Source: Eledone cirrhosa
Taxonomy: Eukaryota
Reading direction: 5' to 3'
Assembly: GCA_964016885.1 (NCBI GenBank)
Contig: OZ024755.1
Location: forward strand, 39,370,001 to 39,434,000
Length of the DNA stretch: 64,000 bases
Shown here: positions 53,467-62,974 of the stretch, piece after piece
How positions within the stretch are numbered: position 1 is the stretch's first letter
How the letters are laid out: each line of letters starts with the position of its first letter
The notes under the pieces: model-generated
The model's database searches: none
What the model was told of the DNA's origin: nothing
What the model saw: the letters and a program-made list of their open reading frames with translations, nothing else
Translations under genes and position numbers: made by a program

Positions 53467-53470
53467 ATAT
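53270..53470. repeat. (TCTA)n / (GATA)n tetranucleotide microsatellite
   Basis: Near-pure TCTA run at 53281-53368, interrupted by AAAGAAAC at 53371-53378, then resuming to 53470. Degenerate lead-in from ~53160. Confidence 0.98.
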
Positions 53471-56400
53471 CCATCTTCAATGACTTTGAGATCTACGCAT
53501 CTCTCTGTCAGCCAGGAGGTGGAGGGGGAGTAGCTGTCATGTTTCGGAAAAACCTGGACATCCAAATACAGCAAGTACATTTGGACCCGGAGTGTAGACT
53601 GGTAGTCCTAGACATGAACAGTCTTGGAGGTGCAGCCTTCAGACTGGTGGCCGTTTATGCCCTGACTGGGCAATCGCGGCCAGACTTCTTTAAACGTCTA
53701 GATTCTTTTCTGGGAACGTCTCGCTCCTTGCTTTTAGTGGGGGACTGGAATGGTATCTTAGACGCACGATGGGACTATGTAGGATCATGTCCCTGTTGTG
53801 CAACAGCCTCAACAAATTAATCGGCCAATTCCAACTGGCCGATAGGTATCGACTAGATTTCCCGACTGCACCACAGTGGACGTGGACAAACCTTAGCGGG
53901 ACATCTAGATCGTATTTAGACAGGTTCTTTATTAGGGAGAGAGAGACAAGATGTTAAGCTACCCACAAATGCACATGGGTGCCTATTCAGACTACAAACT
54001 AGTCATCTACATAGTCAACCGTGATAGAATACATAGACAAGGACCCGGTTACTGGAAGCTGAACGTGTCGCTGCCGACACGTAAAGCCTACAGTGAACGG
54101 ATAAGTAGATCAGTTAAGGAACAATTGATGGGAGCCATCGTCAACAACAGATGGTGGTACTCCCTCAAGAAAGCAATTAGAGTAGAGTCGATAGATTTTA
54201 GCAGAGAGTTAGCCTTAGAGAAAAACAAAACAGATTCAGAACTAGTAGCCAAGGTAGAGGAGGTGCTTAGGAGTGGCAACGCAGCTAGAGTGCTAGCAAG
54301 GAGCTCGGCAGTGGACCAGTTCTTCGACGCGAAACACGAAGGCTGCGTGGTTAGAAGTAAATCACGTGCTCGAGGAAACGAGGGAGCAAAATCTGTTATG
54401 TGGGACCGAGCGGCAGAGGCGAAAAGTGGCAACAAGTCCACGATTCGGTCTTTGAAAGACCAAAACGGACGCGTGCTGCTTGACCCCAGGCGGATGTGCG
54501 TGGCCTTTCAGCGGCACTTTGCGCAACTGTTCGAGCAGAGTGGCGGTGCGTCAAACGGGGCAATGGACTTCGGTTCATACCTCGATGGCCTGCTCCGCCT
54601 CTCGAACATGGACGCCGAGTTCTGCGAAAGACAGATCACAGCCACTGCGGGAAACGCGAATCACCAGGTCTAGATGGTCTACCCTATGAGTTTTACATAG
54701 ACATGCCGGACTTGTTCTCTGGCGTCCTCGAATCCGTCTATGGCAACTGGCAACAGACCGGGAGAATTCCCAGTTCTGCAGGCAGGGGCGTAGTAACGCT
54801 GATCAGGAAAGACGAGAACAAGGGCGACGAACTAAGCAAACTTCAGGCCTATAACTCTGCTCAACACAGATTTAAAGATTTTGGCAAAGGTGTTGACAAC
54901 GAGGTTGGCGCTTGTCACGAGAACTTGGTAGGGAAAGCGCAAACGTGTGTAATCCCGACCAGGTCCATACATGACACCCTCCACCTCATACGATACATGA
55001 TAGAGTGGGTGGGGTGTAAACCAGGCTTCGGTGGGGCTCTGATCAATTTAGATCAGTCTAAGGCGTTCGATAGGGTCGACCATCAATACTTAGAAGCGAT
55101 TCCCAAGGCGGCCGGTTTCAGACCCGTCTTCGGGGGCTGGATTGCCGCAATGCACACCAACATCTGCTCGATGGTCAAGGTGAACGGCTACCTATCGGAG
55201 CCGTTCGCAATCACACGTTCCATCCGACAGGGATGCCCTCTCTCCTCCATTCTGTACGTACTGACTCTAGAACCACTACTGCTGAAGTTGGAGCTGCTGC
55301 ATGGCATCTCGTTGGAACCGGGACTGTGGAAAGCGGTGTCGGCTTTTGCGGACAACGTGACGGTAAATGTGTCGAGCACCTCGGAACTCGGGGTAATCGG
55401 CAACTTACTGAAAGAATACGAAACGCTGACGAGAGCAAAACTAAACCCGGATAAGTCTGTCGGTTTGCAACTCGGTACGTGGAGAGGCAAACCGATGACG
55501 CCCGACAGCGTCGTTGGACGCTGGACGGACGGACCGGTGAAATTGCCAGAGGTCTGGTTCGGTCCTCCAGGTGGAGAAAAACTGGAACGACGTCACGGCC
55601 AAGGTGTTTGCGCTTACCCAGAAGTGGGCAGAGTGCAAACTATCCTTGAAAGGTCGAGCGGAGGTGGCTAACACTTTCGCTTGACCGTCGTGCCTTGTCT
55701 CTGTGAACACCTCACCAAGATAGAACGCATGCTCTTCCAGTTCCTTTGGAAGAAGCAGCCTCCACTGGTAAGGAGATCCGTCTGCTGCCAGCACCCTTCC
55801 GACGAAGGGCTGGCAATGCTGTGGCTGATGATGCATAAACATGAGCTGAGGTACGGCATCTACAGGTATTCCTCCCCGACCAACCGGTGTGAGGACCGTT
55901 TGTGAGATGGGCCTTCCCGCAACTTGTCTCACTGACGGAGCTGCAGTCCTGAGTCAAGCGGAGACCGAAGAAGATGGTCGCCTGGCACATTGAAAGCGCT
56001 CAGGCGCTCACAGTCCTCTGTCAAACGGGCACAACAATCAGTGGAGACTCCACTTCGACATTCTATAGAGGGTTAGTACGTCACAAGGGTGACGACGTGC
56101 TCGGAGAGACTCTGGGCGTCGAAGACGACGAACTCACCAGTGCTACCGAGGAGCTCTACCAGTTCGAGACAAGCCCTACAGACATGGGCACCCGGGCAGG
56201 GACCCTTCGAAAAAGATCTGTCTGAGATCCGTGCGAGATGAAGAAACCGTCGCGCACGCATTCATACACTGCCCAGGCGTAACCGACCTGTGGGGCTATG
56301 TAGAACGACTATTATCGCGGGTAGGACCAATCCGGTTGACCACCGAGTCCATTGTCATGATCAAACCGCCACCCTCTTTCAAAAACGAAGGTGAGGCGAT

Positions 56401-56635
56401 TTTCCTTTGTGTGATAGCTATGGCGAAAGAGGTTGTATGGTGGACGAGGTTAAAATGGCTGAGGTCAGACACCTTTCTCTCCGGCCAACAACTGATTCTT
56501 TTTCTCAAATACCACTTTGGAAGAAGAGTGAGGATGGAGAGAGAGGTGCTGTACCCCAGCAAGTTTTATGAAAGGTGGGTGAAAGTGGCGAGAATGGCCA
56601 GAGTGAATAGGCCTTCTTTCTATATCAACCTGTAG
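53471..56635 (+). pseudogene. Frameshifted ORF2 (AP endonuclease + reverse transcriptase + C-terminal zinc-binding motif) of element A
   Basis: Motifs in several frames: GGGVAVMFRK, LVAVYA, LLVGDWN, WTW, SRSYLDRFF, SDY(H), GPGYWKLN, SPGLDGLPYEFY, LDQSKAFDRVDH, SIRQGCPLS, AFADN (YADD-like), ETVAHAFIHCP. Multiple stops and frameshifts. Confidence 0.93.
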
Positions 56636-56859
56636 GTTGAGGAAAAGAGGAAGAGAGGAAAGGGATACAAACTCTTCGTACTCCTGGAGATGAGGGTTGC
56701 ACATTTTTTCGGGGGTATGTGTTACCCATATGAAATGTCTCCCCTATTGGGGAAAATCGATTAATTTTTAAATTGCATTTGTGATAGTATTTTACACGTT
56801 TTTATAGTATGTAAACTTGCCCCTTGGTATTTGTCCTCTTCTTTTGTGCCCCTGTGGCT

Positions 56860-56865
56860 AATAAA
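56860..56865 (+). promoter_or_regulatory. Polyadenylation-signal-like AATAAA at the 3' terminus of element A
   Basis: AATAAA within GCCCCTGTGGCTAATAAAGAAAC. The same context is conserved at the end of element B. Confidence 0.65.
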
Positions 56866-56917
56866 GAAACATATCTATCTATATACATATATAGAAGTAG
56901 TAACATAACAGTTAGTC

Positions 56918-56976
56918 ACCATACCGAGAACAATTGCTTCACCTTATGCGGATCTTCAGCTCGGACTGATAATGGT
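56918..56976 (-). ncRNA. Minimal type I hammerhead ribozyme (degenerate copy)
   Basis: The minus strand reads ACCAT-TATCAGT-CCGAG-CTGAAGA-T-CC-GCATAA-GG-T-GAAG-C-AATT-G-T-T-CTCGG-T-ATGGT. Stem I is CCGAG/CTCGG extended by ACCAT/ATGGT. It has a CUGANGA core, a short stem II, GAAG for GAAA, a palindromic CAAUUG stem/loop III and a GUU cleavage triplet. Confidence 0.8.
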
Positions 56977-57142
56977 TATACGGAACAGGAAAAGGAGAAA
57001 CAACCTTATGAACGCGCATGTGCAGAAACGGTCACTGCTCCCAAGCGATAAAAATCCACGGTCAAAATGTGTAAGGGAGATAACTGCGAATGTCCGGAAT
57101 AAATTGTTCGAGTTGATTAGAATATTAGAATGTTGATGTTAT

Positions 57143-57472
57143 TCAATCCGGAGCTTTGTAGTTATGCAAGAGGTGGTTCCAGACGTGTGGACAACGTGAG
57201 AAATGTTCATTTCTTGAATTTAAACAATCGCTCTTGCGTAATCTCCTTGGAATATTGATCTGTTCCTCAATACACAGTCCACAAGACGGATTGCCCCTTT
57301 CGTATGGCTTGGACTTTGTGATAGCTTTCCATTGAATGGAGTAGTCTACACCTGAGTCTTTGAGGGACCATGCGTGTCTCGCTAGCTTAGCGGTTAATCG
57401 TTTGTCCGGGTATTTAAAGGTCGACTGATGGTTCAGGAAGCGTTCCTTAAGCCGGCCCTTTCCCATACCCAT
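57143..57472 (-). pseudogene. Truncated GIY-YIG endonuclease domain of a Penelope-like element
   Basis: xGMGKGRLKERFLNHQSTFK...LARHAWSLKD...YSIQWKAI..SKPY....CGLCIEE...LNSRNE.FSRCPH matches the PLE pattern YIG...FK.R...H..SF...LS.HIW.LK...CNLC.EE...LN.R.E...C.H. The GIY half and the RT are missing. Confidence 0.85.
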
Positions 57473-57505
57473 GCCACCCTCCTACTGTTTTTAGAAACTT
57501 CGTAA

Positions 57506-59276
57506 ATGATATCGGTAAAAGTTGAGAGGAGGGTTACGGTAAACACAGAAATTGACACAACAAACACCACCACAAACAACGTGAACAAAGACAGCAATGA
57601 CAACAACACTGTGAACACTAATTTAAAAAAAAACAATGATAACAGCAACAACACCAACAACACCGTTTGTAGGAGTAGCAACAGTAACAGCACCAACAAC
57701 AAGACCAATAGCAACAGTAGCGGCAGCAATAAAGGTGCCGCTGAAAAAGGGACCTCTTCTTTCGCAGGTGTGGCACAAAATATAGAAAGAGTGCAAGTCA
57801 CGGAGGAGGAGATGGCAGTCGCAAGATCCATGGTGACAAGAAATGACGATAGATTTTCCCTGAAACCTCCACCCGATTTTTTCAAGGACCAGTAGATACG
57901 GACGGTGACTTACCGCACCGTAAGGAAAATGTCACATCGGGTGGAGAGAGCCACGGAGGTTCAAATCCAAAAGGCCTTGGGGTGCGTCTGGGCGCACAAA
58001 ACCCACATCACTCGAGGCAAAAAGTATGCCACAGTAGACGTACTTTTCGCTACGCACCAAGAGGCGAAGTCTCACTCTTTGGAAACCCTAAAGAGTGAGG
58101 AGATAGTCTTGGTGGCCTCCTATGGCGGGCAGAAAATTATGAGGGTCAAAGTGACCCAGGTCCTGCCCGACGTGCCCATACCTTGACTGGCCGCGTCTGT
58201 CCTTGCTGAAATCGAGGACAGGACGACCATATGGCAAATACAGATAATCGGAAGAGAGAACTGGTCAGGTATAGGCATGCAAATACTAATACAAACTGAC
58301 CAGGAGTGTAACGAGACCATTCCAGATACCATAGACCTCGAGGAAGGACTCCGACTCCCTATAAGCGTGGAAGGAAGGCGCCCAAAGTGCTTTCTCTGTG
58401 GGCAAAAGGGTTACCTCAGGGCCTTTTGCCCGCAAAAACAGCCAAGAAGAGGGCCGCCCCCTTCCGACGCCTGATCCGCTGCTACCAAGAGCAGGGGCAG
58501 GCAACAGAGGCAGAAAACCCTTCCACGGTGAGTAGGAGGGCAACGTCCGTGGCACCCATACCAAGCCCACGGACAACTAAAACAGCGGCAGCAGTGGCGG
58601 CAACACCAGTAGCTACGTTTGCAGTAGCTGCACCAGCAACAAAATCGCCGGAGAGTGCTGTACTACCACCACCAACAGCCGTGGAGCACATATCCCTCCC
58701 AGACGTCACGGAATCCGACATGGAGTATGAGGCGTTAGTGAAGTGGCAAAAGGTCTGCCACAAAAAACAAAAACGAAAGAATCACTTAGCTTCGCCCTCC
58801 AAAAGCGAGGACAAACAAAGAAGGGTAAATGCTGCAAGGCGACTTGCTGCAACGCCACCACAAGCATCACCACCAACAACAACCACACAACCACCAGCAT
58901 CCCCACAAAACAGCAACAAAGCATACACACCCAACAGCAACAACAAGAAAACAGCAACAAAACCATCCCTCCCGCCAGAAAGTACACAGCCATAAACATT
59001 GCACACCAAGGATTAATGGAACATATAAAACAGCACACCGATATTTCAGACGTAAATTACCACACCCCACCAACACCAAGAACATTACCAAAAAAATTAA
59101 CATTGTGGAAATTGAACTCGAAGATTATAAACAATTAAAACAAAAATTCCCCAACTGCGTTGGGGATTTCAGGGGGTCACTCTCAGAAGAATCTATACAG
59201 ATATCATCTTGGAGACACCCATGACCAGCCGAAGGGACGGTTCTACTGTCTCTTCCCCTCACGATCAAGGTAAGTG
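57506..59276 (+). pseudogene. Disrupted ORF1 (gag-like nucleic-acid-binding protein) of element B
   Basis: ORF pieces 57506, 57905 and 58277 are in one frame separated by in-frame stops. They contain SFAGVA and ISVEGRRPKCFLCGQKGYLRAFCP (CX2CX4HX4C knuckle with H>Y), followed by a frameshifted Pro/Thr/Lys-rich tail. The end coordinate is approximate. Confidence 0.8.
57555..57730. repeat. (AAC/AGC)-rich low-complexity tract in the 5' part of ORF1
   Basis: AACAACACCAACAAC-type runs encoding Asn/Thr/Ser-rich sequence. Confidence 0.7.
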
Positions 59277-59309
59277 ATCCTTTCTCACTTACCCTGTTCC
59301 TGACCCAGC

Positions 59310-62300
59310 ATGGCCGTACTTAGAATAGACAGTATAAATGTATGTGGACTGGGGTCATCTTGGAAGCAGAGTAACCTGCTCAACGACCTCAGGTCACTAA
59401 ACATAGATGTGGTGGCCATCAGCGAGACCAGAATCTCCGACCTTCGCACCGATCTTCGGCGGCTACGATGTATACGCAGCCGTCTATATGTCTCAGCCGT
59501 CCAGGATCGGTTATAGGAGTTGCTGTGCTTTTTCGGAGAGGCTTGGATCTCGCCATACTGGCCATCTTCCTGGGCCCAGAAGGTATGTCGGTGGTGCTGG
59601 ACGTGACCGGCAGTGAAGGCAATGCTTTCAAGCTAGTAGCCGTCTACGCCCAACAGGGGTAGGACGGCCAGATTTCTTAAGACGTCTAGAGACCTTTCTT
59701 GGAACGTCCCGCTAATTAGTATTAATGGGCGACTGAAACGGTATCTTAGATGCACGATGGGATTATGTGGGGTTAGTAGTCGGAGAAGGAGGGTGTAAGA
59801 GCCTCAACAACCTGCTCAGACGTTTTGAACTGTCTGACAGGTATAGACTGGATTATCAGAATGTGCCAATGTGAACATGGGCAAACCGCATCGGGTCATC
59901 GAGATCGTATTTAGTAGGGAAACAGATAAGGCTAGAGTAGGTTGTCCACAATTTAATGTAGTCGACTACACGGACCACAAATTTATGATCTGTGAAGTTG
60001 ACTTAGATAGACTCCATAGGCAACGGCCCGGCTACTGGAAGCTGAACACGCGTTCACGGCGCGCAAAGCTTACAGAGACCGGATTAGCGAGTTAGTTAAG
60101 CGTGCGTTGGCGGGTGCAACAACAGGTGGTGGTTTACCCTGAAAAGGGCTATTAGAGTAGAATCGATAAGGTTTAGCAAAGGAGTAGTGATAGAGGAAAA
60201 TAGAGTAGAGGGAGAGCTAGTTAGAAAGCTAGAAGAGGAGTTTAGGACAGGCATCGCAACCGACGTGCTTGCGGCGAGATTGGCACTCGACCAATTCTTC
60301 AACTCAAAGCACGAAGGCTGCGTTGTCAGAGCTAGATAGCGTGCTCTGAGACACGAGGGGACGAAAGCCGTTCAATTAGCTCGGGTGGTAGAGGCGCGAC
60401 GTGGCAACAAATCCACAATATCGGCTTTGCCTGATCAAACCCGAGCAGATGTGTGCGGCTTTTCAACAGCACTTTGCTCAATTATTCGGGTAGGCGGTGG
60501 GCAGGTCGGAGTATGAACTTCGGTGCATAGCTCGAAGAACTGCCACGGCTCTCGACGACCGCAGCGCAGTGCTGCGATAAGCCGATAATAGTAGGTTAAA
60601 TACGGGAAGCGATGTCTGACTGCATGATGGGTAAATCGCCAGGTTTGGATGGTCTGCCCTACGAGCTTTACGCGTACATGCCAGACTTGTTCGGCGACCT
60701 CTTGGCAGATGTCTACTGCAACTGGCAGCAGAACGGGAACATTCCCTGTTTTGAGAGCCGGGGAGCGGAGGCGCTGCTGAGAAAAGACCCGAACAAGGTG
60801 GCTGTTATAGACAAATTCAGGCCCATAACTCTGCTAAACGCAGTGTTCAAGATTTTGGCCAAGGTGTTAGCAAAGAGATTGGCATTTGTCATCGATCTGG
60901 TGGGAGAGGCGCAGACATGCGCTATTCCGGACAGATCCAGCCACGACAACCTCCATGTCATGCGATACATCATAGAGAGGGTGGTTAAGGAACCTGGCAC
61001 GGGTAGGGCCCCTGATCAACTTGGATCAATCTAAAGCATTTGATAGGGTCCACCATCAGTACCTGGTGGCGGTCCTCGAGGCGGCCGGCTTTGGGCCCAT
61101 TTTTAGGGGCTGGATCACTGCGATGCACAACGACATCTGCTCGATTGTGAGGGTGAATGGTCACCTGTCGCAGCCGTTCAGCATCATTGCGCTCGGTCTG
61201 CCAGGGTTGTCCCCTCTCGTCCCTCTTGTACGTACTGGCCCTGGAGCCGTTACTGCACACATTGGTTACGATGAGGGGGTCCCACGCGAACTGGGATGCG
61301 GGAGATCCGCCTTGGCTTACGCCGACGACGTCACCGTGGTGGTGTCCAGCACCAAACACGTCCAGATGCTCGGCACCCCTCTCAAGGAATACGAAGCGGT
61401 GACAGGAGCAATGATAATATAGGAAAAGTCGGTGGGCTTGCAACTCGTCACCTGGAGAGGCAAGGCCATGCCGTCCGACAGCGTCGTGCTGCGCTGGACG
61501 GAAGGACCGGTTAAATTGCTCGGGGTCTGGTTCGGTCCGGGCCTCCAGATCTAGAAAAAATGGAACGAGGTGACGAGCAGGGTGGCCTCTCTCACCCAGA
61601 AATGGGCCGAGAGGAGGCTGTCTCTGAAAGGTCGGAGGGGGGGGGGGGTGGCGAATGCGTACATTGCGTCCGTCATCTGCTACCGCCTGACCGTGGTACA
61701 TTGCCCCCGCCCAACTCTGACCAAAATAGAGCGCCTTTTCTTCCGCTTTTTGTGGAAGGGGCGTGCTCCCATGGTCAGACGATCCATCTGCTGTCAACAC
61801 CCGTTGCGTGGAGGACTAGGCATGCCGTGGCTGATGATGCGCAAATAAGCGCTGAGGCTGCGACATCTCTGGTGCTTCCTTGACGGTGAACAGGTGTGGT
61901 CACCGTTTGCCAGACGTGTTTTCCCCACCTTGTCTCATTAACAGAGCTGCAGTCCTGGAGCAGGAAAAGACCGAGGGATAGCGCTTGGAAGCTGGAATGT
62001 CTGCAAACGCTCACAGCCTTCTACCAGCTGAGCACTAGTATCGGTGGAAAATCTACCTCGGCGTTCTATATAGGACTAGGGGAGGGGGAAGAATTACGAC
62101 GTTCTCGGGGAGACCCTGGACGTCGAAGACGATCAGCTGTTCGCTCTCTTCAAGAGAACTTTCAGCCCGGGGCCTGGCATTGCTATCGGGGACCGTTGCC
62201 GGTTCGAGATAAGCTCTCAAGGCACGGAAGTTCAGTCAGCCGAGATTCGCACAGAGCGACAAAACCGTTGTGTCCGCACTCGTTCAGTGTCCGAGAGTTA

Positions 62301-62655
62301 CTGACTTGTGGAGCTATGTCAAACATTTGCTGTCGCGTGTAGGACGAATCCGGTTATCGACTGAGTTGATTGTGCAGATAGCTCCACCGTCCTCCTTTAA
62401 GGAGGAGGAAGGACAGGCAGTTTTCATCTGCTTGGTGGCCATGGCGAAAGAGATTGCATGGTGGACAAGGTTGAAAGGATTGAAGACGGACACTTTCCTC
62501 TTCGGCGAATCCCTGATTAACTTTTTCAAGTTGCATTGAAGAGGAGAATCAGGAGGGAGAGGCAAGTGCTGTGTTCTAGCAAGTTTGTTGAAAGGTGGGT
62601 GAAAGTGGCGAATCTGGTTCGAGTTAACCGGCCCGTTCTGAGTATGCGCCTGTAG
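59310..62655 (+). pseudogene. Frameshifted ORF2 (APE + RT) of element B
   Basis: MAVLRIDSINVCGL, DVVAISETR, GVAVLF, LVAVYA, YTDH, PGYWKLN, KSPGLDGLPYELY, FRPITLLN..KILAKVLAKRL, DQSKAFDRV, CQGCPLS, LAYADDV, FFRFLW...GGLGMP. Many stops and frameshifts. Confidence 0.94.
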
Positions 62656-62905
62656 ACTAAGGAGTGGGAGAACTGAAAGAGGGTGCTTGCCTTGGTGGTC
62701 AGAGTGTCCATGGTCTTTTCTGTGGTTTTCACCACGAGGGACCTTCGGAGGTTTCCCTCTTTTGGGAGTATTTTATTGTTTGAATTTTTTTGATTTGTTT
62801 TTACACATTCTATCTTCTTGTTATAACGTTTTTACACGGCCAAAACCCACTTTGTACCGTTCTCTGTCGTCTGTAATGTTTTTCTTCATGTTAGCCCTTG
62901 TGGCC

Positions 62906-62911
62906 AATAAA
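62906..62911 (+). promoter_or_regulatory. Polyadenylation-signal-like AATAAA at the 3' terminus of element B
   Basis: GCCCTTGTGGCCAATAAAGAGACC, homologous to the end of element A. Confidence 0.65.
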
Positions 62912-62928
62912 GAGACCATTATTATTTT

Positions 62929-62974
62929 CCTTTCATCTTAAGATGTCGATAAAGTAAATACCAGTAATACACTG
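62929..62974 (+). mobile_element. Internal fragment of the same SINE family as 63158-63337
   Basis: CCTTTCATCTTAAGATGTCGATAAAGTAAATACCAGTAATACACTG aligns by eye with CCTTTCATCATTACGGGGTCGATAAAATAAAGTACCAGTAATGCACTG at ~63256-63303. Confidence 0.75.

Larger units (their letters stand above)
53471..56870 (+). mobile_element. 5'-truncated, decayed non-LTR retrotransposon of the L1/Tx1 group (element A)
   Basis: APE, RT and C-terminal Cys/His motifs in order, then a T-rich 3' UTR ending AATAAAGAAAC. Candidate 14-bp TSD TATCTATCTATATA at 53456-53469 and 56872-56885. It is collinear with element B from ~59450 onward, so it lacks ORF1 and the first ~45-50 codons of ORF2. Confidence 0.93.
56890..57482 (-). 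mobile_element. 3' fragment of a Penelope-like retroelement (GIY-YIG C-terminus plus 3' UTR/pLTR with hammerhead); boundaries approximate
   Basis: PLE-type endonuclease C-terminus at 57143-57472, followed ~170 nt downstream on the same strand by a hammerhead motif. This pairing is established for PLEs. Confidence 0.82.
57483..62926 (+). mobile_element. Near full-length decayed non-LTR retrotransposon of the L1/Tx1 group (element B, sibling of A)
   Basis: ORF1 with zinc knuckle, ORF2 APE-RT, and a 3' UTR ending AATAAAGAGACC plus ATTATTATT. The 5' boundary is approximate and no TSD was found. Confidence 0.92.

Noticed and set aside
53188-53470. N-terminal (IYLS)n extension fused to the APE domain
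   Set aside because: This is (TCTA)n read in frame into the truncated LINE, a chance fusion.
56966-57432. Additional + strand hammerhead cores (CTGATAA at 56966, CTGATGG at 57425)
   Set aside because: Neither is CUGANGA, and I found no matching stem II/GAAA arrangement.
54496-61422. Bacterial RT system (retron, DGR, group II intron) paired with the repeat array
   Set aside because: Both RTs are APE-linked L1/Tx1-type, with gag-like ORF1 and AATAAA ends, and both are pseudogenised. No sequence links them to the 21-bp unit.
54088-62735. Assorted short antisense or alternate-frame ORFs over the LINEs
   Set aside because: They are shadows of the retroelement coding sequence or of low-complexity tracts, with no recognisable motifs.
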